Assembly: GCA_012295275.1 (NCBI GenBank)
Contig: CM022665.1
Coordinates: forward strand, 186,001-250,000
DNA from: Chrysomallon squamiferum
Taxonomy: Eukaryota; Animalia; Mollusca
Reading direction: 5' to 3'
DNA length: 64,000 nt
Position 1 is the stretch's first letter. Every line of letters begins with the position of its first letter. Shown one piece after another: positions 13,654 through 28,902 of this stretch. A model generated the notes under the pieces. That model saw only the letters and a list, made by a program, of their open reading frames with translations, did not search any database and was not told the DNA's origin. The translations under genes and the position numbers were made by a program.

Positions 13654-13779
13654 TCTGTACACTTCTAACTGTTATACAAAACAATACTGAAGAAGAGTAG
13701 TGACAAAAACGGATCAATATTTGTGACCTTTTCGTCGTCGCTCGTAAAAAATACGAAAGAAGGTCAATTTCTTTACTGT
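13654..13779 (-). CDS. Candidate 126-nt phase-1 exon: SKEIDLLSYFLRATTKRSQILIRFCHYSSSVLFCITVRSVQ
   Basis: atcttcag|...CAGA|gtaagt; open here, whereas the homologous module copies I translated carry stops. Confidence 0.4.
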
Positions 13780-13872
13780 CTGAAGATAGTAAAATGTGAT
13801 AAAATGTAATTCTTATTTCAAACTCTGATCCTGTTTTTCATCTATTTCAACTAAATCCAGTGTGCTTTTTAC

Positions 13873-13920
13873 GTGAGTTTTGGTATTGAATAAAATCGAA
13901 CAGAAAAGCTTCGCTAGTTG
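13873..13920 (-). CDS. Candidate 48-nt phase-1 exon: TSEAFLFDFIQYQNS
   Basis: gtttcatag|...TCAC|gtaaaa; open; homologous 48-nt open exons at 18407-18454(-), 32128-32175(+) and 33253-33300(+). Confidence 0.4.
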
Positions 13921-14959
13921 CTATGAAACTTACACAAATTTAAACAAGGAAGTAAAGTTAAAATTGGTTTAATATGTTTGATAAATATCAGAATATTCAC
14001 TGACAAAAATATATGATTACTTGATGAACAAGACTGTTATTAAAATGTCTGTAATATTATCTAAATTCCTAATCACATTATTTCTGTAAAGAACAGTTCA
14101 AACAGATCGATATTTCGTTTGATTTTCTCGTAAAATTATGTACTCTTTTCTCAAACATTACAGGTAACATTTTAGTCCGTTTTAAAAATAGAAGTTTCGT
14201 TTGCAAAAGAAAGAAACCACACACAAATATTATATGTTAGCGGCATAGATCTAAAAATATTTGATATTTGTTTTAAAACTTACTCGATATATTTCTATCA
14301 TTAAAAACAGTATTGAGGAAGGGTTGTGACACAAATGGGTTTATTAATTTATTTATTTATTCATAATTTTTCAATACATTATATTTTATTTTAGTAAAGT
14401 TAACTAAATATTATTAACTTTACAACTAAGTATATTGTTTACACGTTAAGCTCTGTCATATTTGAATAAAATATGTCTAAATGTTGTTATTATAATATTA
14501 ATTCTATTTTTGTTACTTTAACTCCCTCTGCCTAAATGTAGAATGATTTTCTGATATTACTTTCATTAGAGTACAAATACTCTAATATTTGTTTATAGTA
14601 CAGCTATTACAGTTTATTTCCTTTGAATACTCTTCCTATTAGACAACGTTCAATTTGGAATCTTTAGATTTTCCTATATATTATCCACAAAACCAACTCA
14701 TTCACGAATAAAACTGATACAAAAGATTACAGAATTATAATAATTTATTTTGTCTGATATTCTGAATACATTGAGCCGATTGCAAAACCGCATTATTTCT
14801 GAAAAGAACAGCTGAAACCCTTTGATACATTAGAAACAGACAACAAAACATTTACTGGTTATCTCTACATTATAATGATCACGTGACTCAAATTACGTGT
14901 ACAAAAGTGATATCAACTTGTTAACCTTCCAGAAATCTAAGTGCTATTGAGAATAATCT

Positions 14960-15207
14960 CATAACTTACTAGATACATAAACCCTTATTAAATTTTTTGT
15001 AAACTTACCTAAATTCCGAATCAAATTATTTCGATGTCGTAACGATCACGTGACTGAAATTACGTGTACAAAGTGATATAAATAAAGTTGGCGACTTTGA
15101 ACCGCTAATAAGAAAAATATCATAATCGAGTTAACAAACATTATTTAATTTAATTTAATTTAATTTAACTTAACTTAACTTAACTTAACTTCACTTCACT
15201 TATTCAT

Positions 15208-15254
<47 letters not shown>

Positions 15255-16136
15255 GTTTTTGATTAATTTGTTTCCATGTTAATTGATTTATTTATAATCT
15301 GTTGAAAACATTGTATTTTATTCTAGTTAAAGTTAACTAAATATTATTCATATTACAACTAGGTATATTGTTTACACTGCAAACTTTCTCTTATAGTAAC
15401 TTCCTTTGTCTTATGTCTTATTAAGACCAACTCAGTTTATTTTCTTTGAATACTCTTGCTATAAAACAGCGGTCAATTTGATATGTTTGGATCTTCCTGT
15501 ACATTGTCCACAAAACCAACTCTGACATAAATAGAACTGATCTAACTGGTAGCACACTGACAATAACTGACTCTGTGTAATATTCTAATACACAGAGCCG
15601 ACTTCCAAACCAGTCAACTATTTATATTGTGTGTAACAGCACCTTTTGTTACCGCACTATGAAAACTGGTGTAAAGTTTCAACGATACCCTCTGATAAAG
15701 AAATAAAAGAAAAGACATATTTAAATTGTAAGATATCAGAAGAATTTGACGATTTTCTCGATTGCATCATGATCTAAATGTTATCACAATAACAACGACA
15801 GATTCTGCATAATATTCTGACTATAGAGAGTCCAACTGCAAAACTGTTAAGTATTCATACTGTGTCTAACAGCAACTTTTGATACCGCCCAGTAGAAAAA
15901 ATATCATAATAAAAAGACTTAGAAATGTGTATTCAAATCTGGGTACATTTTATTCACGCATATAGGAAAATAATATACAAGAACGTTTGTCATGTACATG
16001 AAGTACTTAGTTGTTATTTAAATTTTAAAAAATGCATGTTTTAGTATAAGAAATATAATTCATATAATTCATAAATAAACAAAACTAAATAAAATAACTA
16101 ATTAAATACAATGTAATTAAAAAATCAAATAAGACG

Positions 16137-16173
<37 letters not shown>

Positions 16174-17545
16174 AAAAGATAATAAATAAAATAAAATAAA
16201 AGTAAAAATTACCCAATGTTTTCTACATTTTTGACTGAAATCTTGTCAGGCATATTAGAGGTTTCTGTATTACAAAAATAAATAAATATTTTATAATATT
16301 AGTAACAAAAAGTTAATAGTTTTAGATATTTGTCTTAACACTTACTCTATACACTCCTAACTATTATTAAAAACGATGCTCAAAATGTGGACGACACAAA
16401 CAGGTTAATATTTATGACTTTTTCGTTGTCGCTCCTAACAAACGAATGCCGTTTTCTGAATTATCTGAAGACAGTTAAAGTTTAATGTGTTAAAATACCG
16501 GTCTTGTTTTAAACTTGTTTTTTATTATTATTAGTTTTTAACTAAATCCAAGATCAACGCATGTTTTACGTCAGTCACTGAATCGAATAAAATCGCCTAG
16601 AAAAGCTTCATTATTAGCTGTGAAAATTTACACAATGTAAAACAAGGCAGTAAAGTTAAAATCGGTTTCATATGTTTTAAAAAATATTATATATACAGAC
16701 ATGAATACTGGATAGAGAAAACTGTTATTTAATCATCTATAAACTTATCTAAATTCCTAATAACATTATTTCTATAAAGAACAACTCAAACACATTGATA
16801 TATTAAAAAAAAGACAACAAAACTTACGTTCCGAAGTGTCTTTCAGTAATCGATAACGAATGTCTTGAGGTCTGTTTATAAATATCACTTACGTGACTAC
16901 GACTACACTGTATTAACTACAAGTCCAAACCAATGTTGACTCGCACTGCGCATGTCCTTGTCTAACAGGGCTGTGTTAGTTTATCAGTACAGTTCTGATT
17001 AATAATGTCTGAGAAGTTTCGGTTTCAGAAAAGAAAGAAATGACACGGAAATATTTTATAATGTTAGCAACATAAATCTAATAATTTTAAATATTTATTT
17101 TAGCACTTTGTCTATAAACTCCTAACTATTATTAAAACGATATTCAAATAGTCTAGGGACAGAAATGGTTCTTTGTTTGCGACCGTCTGGTTGTTGTTTG
17201 TAACAAATACAAAACAAGGTAGTTTTCTCTACTATCTGAATATAATAAAATTTGTTAAAACGTAATTATTATTTCAAACACTGACCATGTTAGTAAACTC
17301 TTTAGCTAAATTCAAGGTATACGTGTTTTTTACGTGAGTGTTTGAATCGAATAAAATCGATGAGAAAAGCTATTAGCTGTGAAAACTTACACAATGTAAA
17401 CAAGTAATGTGAAAATCAGTTTCATACATTTAAGAAGTATAGATATAACTACAGACATAAATATTTCTTTACGGACATAAACTTCTAGATACAGAAAACT
17501 GTTATTAAAATGTTTATCAACTTCTTAATCATATTATTTCTGTAA
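14960..17545. repeat. ~2.6-kb direct duplicate of ~18790-21420 within the left arm
   Basis: Collinear near-identical blocks, e.g. 15421-16100 vs 19261-19940 and 16830-17010 vs 20665-20850. Confidence 0.9.
16887..16957 (-). promoter_or_regulatory. Candidate promoter / non-coding first exon (copy)
   Basis: ACTACAAGTCC, CCAAT and ACTGCGCATG motifs, followed in gene sense by a GTAAGT donor. Confidence 0.45.
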
Positions 17546-18406
17546 AGAAACAGACAACAAAACATTTACTGGTTATCTCTACATTATAATGATCACGTGA
17601 CTCAAATTACGTGTACAAAGGTGATATAAATAAACTTGGTAACCTTCCAGAAATCTAACTGCTATTGAGAATAATCTCATAACTTAGGCTATAACCATTT
17701 TTTATTTTATTTTATTTTGTTTCATTTGATATTATTTATTTATTTGTTTCTTCTTTTATGTTTTCTTTTCTTTTCTTTTCTTTTATTTGTTTCGTTATTG
17801 CTTTATGTGTATATTTTATTTATTTTTTATGTATTTTTTCCTTTATGTGTTTTATTCCTTTATTTTTTCTGCATTTTTATTTATTTATTTATTTATTATT
17901 TTATTTATTTTGCAGAGTACAATATATTCTATTGTCAATGTGCAGTCATAATCCTAAACTAGAATACTTTTTTAATAAGTCGGATTTAATTATCTGCAAA
18001 CATTATGCTGCAGTGCAAAGTTAACATTATACTGAGTAGTAAATAATTATATGCACTGTTCTCAAACGTTCCAGGAAATATTTTCGTCCGCAAACGTTTG
18101 AGTTTCACAAAAACAAACACAAAAAAACTGAAACGCGGAAATATTTTATAATTTTAGCTACACAAAGCTAATAATTTTAAATATTTGTGTTAGACTTATT
18201 CTATTCGCTCGTAACTATAATTAAAAACGATACTGAAGAAGTCTAAAAATGGATCAGTATTTGTAACCTTTTCGTTGTCGCTCCTAACAATTAGAAAAGA
18301 AGTCCGTTTTCTCTCTTTTCTGACGATAGCAACAATTTAATGTGTAAAAATACTGGCTTATTATTGAACCTTTTAAAATTAAATCCAGTGTCTACGCATC
18401 TTTTAC

Positions 18407-18757
18407 GTGACTCACTGGATCGAACAAAATGGACGAGAAACATTTCATTATTAGCTGTGGAAATTTACACAACGTAAACAAGGAAGTAATGTTAAAATCA
18501 GTTTCATACATTTAAAAAGTATAAATATCTCTGCACACATAAATATATATTTATACACATAAATGACTAGATACAGAAAACTTTTATTAAAATATTTATA
18601 AACTTACTTAAATTCCTAGTAACACTGTAAAGAACAGCTCAAACTCTTCGATATATTAAAACATAGACAACACAATGTATACGGGTTGTCTCGACCTCGT
18701 AACGATCACGTTCTCGAATTACGTGTACAAAAGTGATATAAATAAACTTGTTAACAT
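18407..18757 (-). CDS. Candidate first coding exons of the left gene: join(18723-18757,18608-18624,18407-18454) = MLTSLFISLLYTVTRNLTNNEMFLVHFVRSSES
   Basis: ATG exon ends in phase 2 at GT, a 17-nt micro-exon runs phase 2 to 1 with GTAAGT donor, then a 48-nt exon; the phases match. Confidence 0.4.
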
Positions 18758-20724
18758 TCCAGAAATCTAACTGCTATTGAGAATAATCTCATAACTTACT
18801 AGATACATAAAACCGTTATTAAATTTTTTGTAAAATTACCTAAATTCCGAATCAAATTATTTCCGTAAAGAACAGCTCAGACACCTCGATTCATTAGATG
18901 GGTCGTTTCTATGTGTGTCGGTCGTTTCTATGTCGTAGTGATCACGTGACTGAAATTACGTGTACAAAGTGATATAAATAAACTTGGCAACTTTGAATCG
19001 CTAATAAGAAAAATATAATCGAGTTAACAAACATTATTTAATTTAATTTAACTTAACTTAACTAAACTTCACTTATTTATTTATTTATTTATTTAGTTGT
19101 TGATTTTTTTGTTTCCATGTTTATTGATTTATTTATAATCTGTTGAAAACATTGTATTTTATTCTAGTTAAAGTTAACTAAATATTATTCATATTACAAC
19201 TAGGTATATTGTTTACACTGCAAACTTTCTCTTATAGTAACTTCCTTTGTCTTATGTCTTATTAAGACCAACTCAGTTTATTTTCTTTGAATACCCTTGC
19301 TATTAAACAGCGGTCAATTTGATATGTTTGGATCTTCCTGTACATTGTCCACAAAACCAACTCTGACATAAATAGAACTGACCTAACTGGTAGCACACTG
19401 ACAATAACTGACTCTGTGTAATATTGTAATACACAGAGCCGACTTCCAAACCAGTAAACTCTTTATATTGTGTCTGACAGCACCTTTTGTTACCGCACTA
19501 TGAAAACTGGTGTAAAGTTTCAACGATACCCTCTGATAAATAAATAAAAGAAAAGACATATTTAAATTGTAAGATATCAGAAGAATTTGACGATTTTCTC
19601 GATTGCATCATGATCTAAATGTTATCACAACAACAACGACAGATTCTGCATAATATTCTGACTATAGAGAGTCCAACTGCAAAACTGTTAAGTGTTCATA
19701 CTGTGTCTAACAGCAACTTTTGATACCGCCCAGTAGAAAAAATATCATAATAAAAAGACTTAGAAATGTTTATTCAAATCTGGGTACATTTTATTCACGC
19801 ATATAGGAAAATAATATACAAGAACGTTTGTCATGTACATGAAGTACTTAGTTGTTATTTAAATTTAAAAAAATGCATGTTTTAGTATAAGAAATATAAT
19901 TCATATAAATAAACAAAACTAAATAAAATAACTAATTAAATAAAATTTAATTAAAAAATCAAATAAGACATGTATTTTATATGTATATATATTCTTAATA
20001 AAAAATAAAATAAAAAATAAGATAAAAGTAAAAATTACCAAACGTTTTCTACATTTTTAACTTAAATCTTGTCAGACATATTAGAGGTTTCTGCATTACA
20101 AAAAATAAATAAATATTTTATAATATTAGTGACAAAAAGGAAATAATTTTAAATATTTGTCTTAACACTTACTCTGTACACTCCTAACTATTATTGAAAA
20201 CGATACTCAAGAAGTGGGCGATACAAACAGATTAATATTTATGACTTTTTCGTTCTCGCTCCTAACAAATACAAAAGAATGTCGTTTTCTGTATTATCTG
20301 AAGATTGTTAAAATTTAATGTGTTAAAATACTGGTCTTGTTTTAATTTATTTTTATTATTATTAGTTTTTAACTAAATCCAAGATCAACGCATGTTTTAC
20401 ATCAGTCATTGAATCGAATAAAATCGCCTAGAAAAGCTTCATTATTAGCTGTGAAAATTTACACAACGTAAAACAAGGAAGTAAAGTTAAAATCGGTTTC
20501 ATGTGTTTTAAAAATATTATATATAAAGTCATGAATATCTGATTACTGGATACAGAAAACTGTTATTTAAACGTCTCTAAACTTATCTAAATTCCTAATC
20601 ACGTTATTTTTATAAAGAAGAACTCAAACACATTCATATATTAAAAAAAAAAAAAAAAAGTAACGTTCCCGAAGTGTCTTTCAGTATTCGATAACGAATG
20701 TCTTGAGGTCTGTTTATTAATACC

Positions 20725-20795
20725 ACTTACGTGACTACGACTACACTGTATTAACTACAAGTCCAAACCAATGTTGACTCGCACTGCGCATGTCT
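20725..20795 (-). promoter_or_regulatory. Candidate promoter / non-coding first exon of the left gene
   Basis: Same motif cluster; lies upstream of the ATG exon at 18757. Confidence 0.5.
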
Positions 20796-21389
20796 TGTCT
20801 AACAGGGCTGTGTTAGTTTATCAATACAGTTCTGATTAATAATGTCTGAGATCCTTTCGTCTTTTGTGAAAAATACAAGTTTCGGTTTCAGAAAAGAAAG
20901 AAATGACACGGAAATATTTTATAATGTTAGCAACATAAATCTAATAATTTTAAATATTTATTTTAGCACTTTGTCTATAAACTCCTAACTATTAGCAAAA
21001 TCGATATTCAAATAGTCTAGGGACAGAAATGGTTCTTTGTTTGCGACCGTCTGGTTGTTGTTTGTAACAAATACAAAACAAGGTAGTTTTCTCTACTATC
21101 TGAATATAATAAAATGTGTTAAAACGTAATTACTATTTCAAACATTGACCATGTTATTAAACTCTTTAGTTAAATTCAAGGTCTACGTGTTTTTTACGTG
21201 AATGTTTGAATCGAATAAAATCGACGAGAAAAGCTATTAGCTGTGAAAACATACACAATGTAAACAAGTAATGTGAAAATCAGTTTCATACATTTAAAAA
21301 GTATAGATATAACTACAGACATAAATATTTATTTACGGACATAAACTGCTAGATACAGAAAACTGTTATAAAAATGTTTATCAACTTAC

Positions 21390-21545
21390 CTAAATACTTA
21401 ATCACGTTATTTCTGTAAAGAACGGCTCGAACTCATAGATATATTAACAACAGACAACAAAACGTATCCGGGTCGTCATTAGGTCGTAACGATCACGTGA
21501 CTCAGCTTACGTGTACAAAGAAACATAAACTTGGCGACTTTCCAT
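21390..21545 (-). CDS. Alternative candidate start exons: join(21511-21545,21390-21412) = MESRQVYVSLYTNNVIKYL
   Basis: ATG, GT/AG sites and matching phase 2; mirrored at 29089-29123/29222-29244(+). Confidence 0.35.
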
Positions 21546-21594
21546 TGAACCGCTGATAAGGAAACATCTCATAATCTAGGGAGCAGATATTATT

Positions 21595-21629
<35 letters not shown>

Positions 21630-23556
21630 TATTTTGCTGAATACATCACATTTTATTCTAGTACAAGTTAACTAAATATTAATAGTATCACAAATAGGTA
21701 TACTGTTTACACCAGAAACTGTCTTGTGCCTTAATAAGACGAACCCAGATTTAAAAAAAAGAAAAGATTTTCTAAATGTTGTTATTATAATATAATTCCA
21801 TTTTTATTACTTTAACTCACTCTTGATAAATTTAGAAAGATTTTCTGAGACACAAATATAGATATTTGTAATATTTTCATGTACATTATACTCAATGGAT
21901 TAAAAAATAACGATGTTAAAAAATACCATATATTTTCATTAGAGTAAGATTACATTGAACTTAATTTCTATTAAAGCTTTCTATTTCATTTTCTTTGAAT
22001 ACTCTTCATTTTAAAACGCGGTCAATATGGAATTTTTCGAATTTTCTTGAACATTGTCCATAAAACCAACTCTGACAGGAATAAAACTGATCTAAATGGT
22101 AGCACAATAACTGATTCTGCTTAATATTCTCAATACACAGCGTCCACTTGATTAGACTCTGAACTGTTTATGTTGTGTTACCTGCACTTAGAAAAATAAC
22201 ACAAGTTTCTTATAAAGAGAAGGAAATAAATATGAGAGAAGTTTCATAACTTAGGCGCAAACATTGTTTATTTATTTATTTATATTTTATTTTATTAGTT
22301 TTTTTCTTAAATACTGAAAAAGATGAACTTATTCTCTTATTTACATTAGTAACATTTCTAAACTGACTTTTGATTGAAAACTTCATTTCATTTAAATTTT
22401 CTAAGTTAGAGACTGGTACCGCGTAGACTCATTATTTTTTTTATTGTTTTCTTTTTTCCTTTTACTTATTTAACAAAGAATTAATAACAATAAGTTATTA
22501 AATTTCCACTCTCCTTAACCTTTTTTAAATTGACTAAAGTTTAAATTTAAAAGTATAACCGAGAGGATCAAGTGATAACTATTTTCTGTTACACTTTTTG
22601 TACATCAGATTGTTAGATAATAAGTCTAGTATAGCTTTTTTTTTCAAGTTTTTATTGTTACTGAGTTTCCTTTTCCTTTTCTTCTTCTTCCTTTTTTATT
22701 TTTTTATTTTTTATTTTGTTTTCATTTTAGAAGATTAGAATTCACTTTTCTAAATAGATTCTAACTTAATAAACACTGTGAATTTATGATTACACATTGT
22801 TTACCCCTGGACTGTGGACCAAGCTACAAACAACCTAAAGTGAAACTGTGCAAAAATCATACTGGAAATCATAACTCACCAACAAAGAACACGCAATTTG
22901 ACTTTATTTAGCTCGGTGATATGTATTTTAATATTATCAGCTGTTTTGATGTTAATAACTTATCTGATCTACCAAGATTTAAATAAATAAATAAATTTCC
23001 AGTAGTATTTTCGTCCGTACAAGTTTCAGTTTCACAAAAGATCGAAACAACACGAAATATTTTATAACTTTAGCAACAGAAAGCTAGTAACTTTAAATAT
23101 TTGTTTTACCACTTTTTTATACACTCATAACTATTATTAAAAACGATACTGAAGAAGTGTGGAGACACAAAATTGTCGACATTTGTTACTTTTACGCTGT
23201 CGCTCGTAATAAATATAAAAGAAGGTTGTTTTATGTATTATCTGAAGATAGAAGAACTATTTAAAAGCTAATTACTATTTCAAAAATCGCCGAGAGAAAT
23301 TTCGTTATTATCTTCGAAAATTTGCACAACGTAAACAAGGAAGTAATATTCAAATCCCTTTCATACATTATTTTTTTTTATTAACTTAACTAATCGAATT
23401 ATTTCTGTAAAGAACGACTCAAACACATCGATATATTAAAAATAGACAAAAAAACGTTTCCGGCTCGTCACTATATTGTAACGATCACGTGACTCAAGTA
23501 ACGTTGAAAAAAAAGGGTTAAAATAAACTACAGGGCGACTTTCCAATTGAATCAGA

Positions 23557-23756
23557 NNNNNNNNNNNNNNNNNNNNNNNNNNNNNNNNNNNNNNNNNNNN
23601 NNNNNNNNNNNNNNNNNNNNNNNNNNNNNNNNNNNNNNNNNNNNNNNNNNNNNNNNNNNNNNNNNNNNNNNNNNNNNNNNNNNNNNNNNNNNNNNNNNNN
23701 NNNNNNNNNNNNNNNNNNNNNNNNNNNNNNNNNNNNNNNNNNNNNNNNNNNNNNNN
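23557..23756. other. Assembly gap (200 N)
   Basis: Run of N. Confidence 1.
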
Positions 23757-26700
23757 AGAAAACTACCTTTTTTTTGTATTTGTTACAAACAACAACCAGA
23801 CGGTCGCAAACAAAGAACCATTTCTGTCCCTAGACTATTTGAATATCGTTTTGCTAATAGTTAGGAGTTTATAAACTAAGTGCTAAAATTAATATTTAAA
23901 ATTATTAGATTTATGTTGCTAACATTATAAAATATTTCCGTGTCATTTCTTTCTTTTCTGAAACCGAAACTTGTATTGTTCACAAAAGACGAAAGGATCT
24001 CAGACATTATTAATCAGAACTGTATTGATAAACTAACACATTCCTGTTAGACAAGGACATGCGCAGTGCGTGTCAACGTTGGTTTGGACTTGTAGTTAAT
24101 ACAGTGATGTCGTAGTCACGTAACAGTTTTCTATATCTAGTAACTTAGGTCTGTAAATATACATTTATTTCTGATTTCAACATTACTTCCTTGTTTACAC
24201 GGTGTACATTTTCACAGCTAATAACGAAGTTTTTCTCGTCGATTTTACTCGATTCAAACAGTTATGTAATACGCAGGTTGACCTGGGATTTAGTTTAGTG
24301 AAAAGAGTTTAATAACATGACCAGTGTTTGAAATATGCATTAACATATTTCATTATATTCAGATAACAGAGAAAACAACCGTTTTTTGTATTTATTATAA
24401 ACGACAACCAAAAGGTCGCAAATACTGAAGTATCTCATTATCACCCTTCTTCACTATCGTGTATAGAGTGAGTGTTCAGACAAACATTTAAAACTGTCCG
24501 ATTTATTTTGATACCACCAGGAAATATTTCCGTGTTCATTCTTTCTTTTCTGAAATCGAAACCTCTATTTTTACAACGGACTAAAATATTTCCGGTAACG
24601 TTCGAGAACAGAGTACATAATTATACGAGAAAAATCAAAGGAAAAAATCGATGTGTTTATCAGTGTGTTTGAGCTGTCAGTTACATATGTAGCAGTATCA
24701 GATTTTTTTACTTTTCCATAACACAGGAAGTAGAACGTAACAGCTACGGGTGGGTTCAGACAATTTATTCAATGTCACACAAAAAATGAAGACAAGGAAA
24801 AACACCCTACGAGAACAATAAAACAATAAATATCACATCATAGAGTACATATAGCATCAAGTTATAGAATAATTTATGTATATATATAACATTTATATCA
24901 CAATTTAAGCAAATGTATATCTATAATACTATTCATCTCATCATAAAAATAATGAAAATTGAATTATCTTGCTTTAAATCCTGAGTATTTAATGCCAAAC
25001 TATAAAAGCATTTGATAACATAAAGCAAATATATGTAATAAATACACTTGATTAACATGACAAATACAACTAGTCATATACCACAGTTATACATGACAAA
25101 CTGATATTTGACAAACATAATACATAAAAACTCATACCAGGTAGATGACACCTGGGTGTAAGAAACTGGATTCTCCAGCACACTGAACGAGAACAGGACA
25201 ATCTACAAATCAAATACAAGACATATAAAAGAAACTACCGACAATTACACAATTAACACATCACATATCGCCAACCACGATGTACCAAAACATGTACACA
25301 CACACATACAAAATACACATACAAAAATACATATACACAATTGACATTTCATTCGGATTGTATGTTTTCTTTAAGCCAGCTATCTTGAACAAATGTTTAT
25401 TCAATGTAATTTAATCCATATATCCAATATAAATAATAATTACTTTATATATTCATAAAGTAATTAAACAAGTACTTTCTAATGGTGTTAAATAACAATG
25501 CATGTATACAAAACATACATATATTAAATAAAACAAAATACAGACTAACCTTTCAGATAACATCCACTTTCAAATAATAAATTCAGTTCCACCTTTAAAA
25601 ATGAAATCTGGCCTGACAGTATAATCTTATCAGGAGAAATAAACCTGAACACTTGAGCCAAGTTGTTTATTCCCTGATGGGCTTGGGAGAGGAGTTTGGG
25701 AACAATAGTTAACACGCAAGGCAAGTAACGTGTGTTAATACAGTGTAAGCTGAATGAAACAATCACCACAATGACAAGTTATCAGCCTATTGTTTGGCAT
25801 AATCTGGCTAGGGATAAAATAAAACTTTAGTTACACAATAAGCTGACAGGAGGCAAGCTGTAAATAAAACCTTACATTAATGACCAAGCCTGCTAAAAAG
25901 CAAATATCTGCACATAAAACATTAAATACAAATCCTAACTAAAACAAATACCACATACTTCCACACATAAGTCATGTGATTAGGAATTTAGGTAAGTTAA
26001 TAAACATTTTAATAAGTCTTCTTCATCCAGTAAAGAGATATTAATGAAACTAATTTTAATTTTTCTTCCAAGTTTCATAGCACATATCGAAGCTTTTCTA
26101 GTCGATTTCATTCAATACAAACACTTACGTAAAAAGCACATTGGATTTAGTTGAAGGAGATGAATAACAGGACCAATATATGAAATAAAAATTACACATC
26201 TGACTAGCTTCAAATCGACATTCTTTTGTATTTGTTAGGAGCGACAACGAAAAGGTCACAAATATTGACCAGTTTGTGCCACCCACTTCTTGAATATTTT
26301 TCTCGGTAACTTAGGAGTGTATAGAGTAAGTACTAAGACAAATATTTAAAATATTTAGCTTTTTGTTACTAAAATTATAAAATATTTCCGTGTTATTCTT
26401 TTCTTTTGTGAAACTGAAACCTGTATTATGCCTAACAAGATTTAAGTTAACAGTGTAGAAAGCATTTGATAATTTTTTTAAATTAAAGTATATTTAATTA
26501 ATTATTTTATCTAGTTTTGTTTATATGTATCTTTCTAAATAAATTATATTTTATTCTACAAAAAAATGCACATATTTTATTTAAATTACGACTAAGTACA
26601 TCATTTACATGACAAAAGTTCTTGTATTTAATTTTCCTATATGCTCGAATAAAACGTATTCAGATTTCAATAAATATTTTTTAAGTGTTTTTATTATGAC

Positions 26701-28865
26701 TTTTTCTTATTGGGCGGTGAGAAAAGCTGCTGTTAGACACAATATAAACAGTTTACAATTTTGCAGGTAGGCTCTGTATATTCAGAATAGCATACATAAT
26801 CTCTTCTTGTTATTGTGATCAGTTGTATTCCTGTCAGAATTGGTTTTATGGACAATGTACAGGAAATTTCAAAGATTCGAAACTGAATATTCAAACAAAA
26901 CAAACTGCAATAGCTGTAATAAAAATAAAGATTAGTGTATGTTTATTATAATTAAAGTAATATATTTTAATATTATTATATTTTATACACGGCAAATGAG
27001 TATACTGTAAATGAAAATAATAAAATATTTATATTTGTCTATTCAGCAAACTATAGATAAATCAATAGTTTAATAAATAAATAAATAAATAACATAATGT
27101 GTGTATTATGATATTTGTCTGATTAGCGGTTCAGCGGAAAGTCGCCCAGTTTATTTATAGCCTTTTTCACAACGTTACTTGAGTCACGTGATCGTTACAA
27201 TACAGTGACAACCCGGAAACGTTTTCTTGTCTATTTTTAATATATCGATGTGTTTGAGTCGTTCTTTACAGAAATAATTCGATTAGTTAAGTTAATAAAA
27301 AAAAAAAATGTATGAAAGGGATTTGAATATTACTTCCTTGTTTACGTTGTGCAAATTTTCGAAGATAATAACGAAATTTCTCTCGGCGATTTTTGAAATA
27401 GTAATTAGCTTTTAAATAGTTCTTCTATCTTCAGATAATACACAAAACAACCTTCTTTTATATTTATTACGAGCGACAACGTAAAAGTAACAAATGTCGA
27501 CAATTTTGTGTCTCCACACTTCTTCAGTATCGTTTTTAATAACAGTTATGAGTGTATAAAATAAGTGGTAAAACAAATATTTAAAGTTACTAGCTTTCTG
27601 TTGCTAAAGTTATAAAATATTCCGTGTTGTTTCGATCTTTTGTGAAACTGAAACTTGTACGGACGGAAATACTACTGGAAATTTATTTATTTATTTATTT
27701 ATATCATGGTAGGTCAGATAAGTTATTAACATCAAAATAGCTGATAATATTAAAATACATATCACCTAGCTAAATAAGGTCAAATTGCGTGTTCTTTGTT
27801 GGTGAGTTATGATTTCCAGTATGATTTTTGCACAGTTTCACTTTAGGTTGTTTGTAGCTTGGTCCACAGCCCAGGGGTAAACAATGTGTAATCATAAATT
27901 CACAGTGTTTATTAAGTTAGAATCTATTTAGAAAAGTGTATTCTAATCTTCTAAACTGAAAACAAAATAAAAAATAAGAAAATAAAAAATATAAAAAAAA
28001 AGAAAGGAAGAAGAAGAAACGAAAAAGGAAACTCAATAACAATAAAAACTTGAAAAAAAAAGCTATACTAGACTTATTATCTAACAATCTGATGTACAAA
28101 AAGTGTAACAGAAAATAGTTATCACTTGATCCTCTCGGTTATACTTTTAAATTTAAACTTTAGTCAATTTAAAAAAGGTTAAGGAGAGTGGAAATTTAAT
28201 AACTTATTATTATTAATTCTTTGTTAAATAAGTAAAAGGAAAAAAGAAAACAATAAAAAAAATGAATAATGAGTCTGTAACGCGGATGAAAAGAAATTTT
28301 CAATCAAAAGTCAGTTTAGAAAATGTTACTAATGTAAATAAGAGCATAAGTTCATTTCTCTGTATTTAAAAAAAAAAAAAGAAAATATAAATAAATAAAT
28401 AAATAAGCCTAAGTCATGAAACTTTTCTCATATTTTTTTTCTTTCTTTTTATAAGAAACCTGTTATTTGAGAACACAACACAAAACTTCAGAGTCTAATC
28501 AAGTGGACGCTGTGTATTGAGAATATTATGCAGAATCAGTTATTGTGCTACCATTGAGATCAGTTTTATTCGTGTCAGAGCTGGTTTTATGGACAGTGTT
28601 CAAGAAAATTCACGCGTTTTAAAATGAAGAGTATTCAAAGAAAATGAAATAGAAAGCTGTAATAGAAATAAAGTTCAATGTAATCTTACTCTAATGAAAA
28701 TATATGATATTTTTTAACATCGTTATTTTTTAATCCATTGAGTATAATGTACATGAAAATATTACAAATATCTATATTTGTGTCTCAGAAAATCTTTCTA
28801 AATTTATCAAGAGTGAGTTAAAGTAATAAAAATGGAATTATATTATAATAACAACATTTAGAAAA

Positions 28866-28902
<37 letters not shown>

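Larger units (their letters stand above)
11880..23556. repeat. Left arm of a large imperfect inverted duplication
   Basis: Reverse-complement matches by eye: ~21000-23550 with ~27120-29600; ~17550-21000 with ~29600-33050; ~12060-14800 with ~33960-36780. Confidence 0.9.

Noticed and set aside
13362-18024. Hydrophobic F/L/I/Y-rich ORFs (also 32560-32878, 41651-41857, 49757-51075, 53005-53211, 62059-62748)
   Set aside because: Translations of (TTTA)n, (TAT)n, (CT)n and similar microsatellites.
23547-23864. 105-aa ORF
   Set aside because: Artefact of reading through the N gap.
24690-25970. Unique spacer of the palindrome as a gene (ORF 25545-25769)
   Set aside because: No recognisable domain or consistent exon chain.
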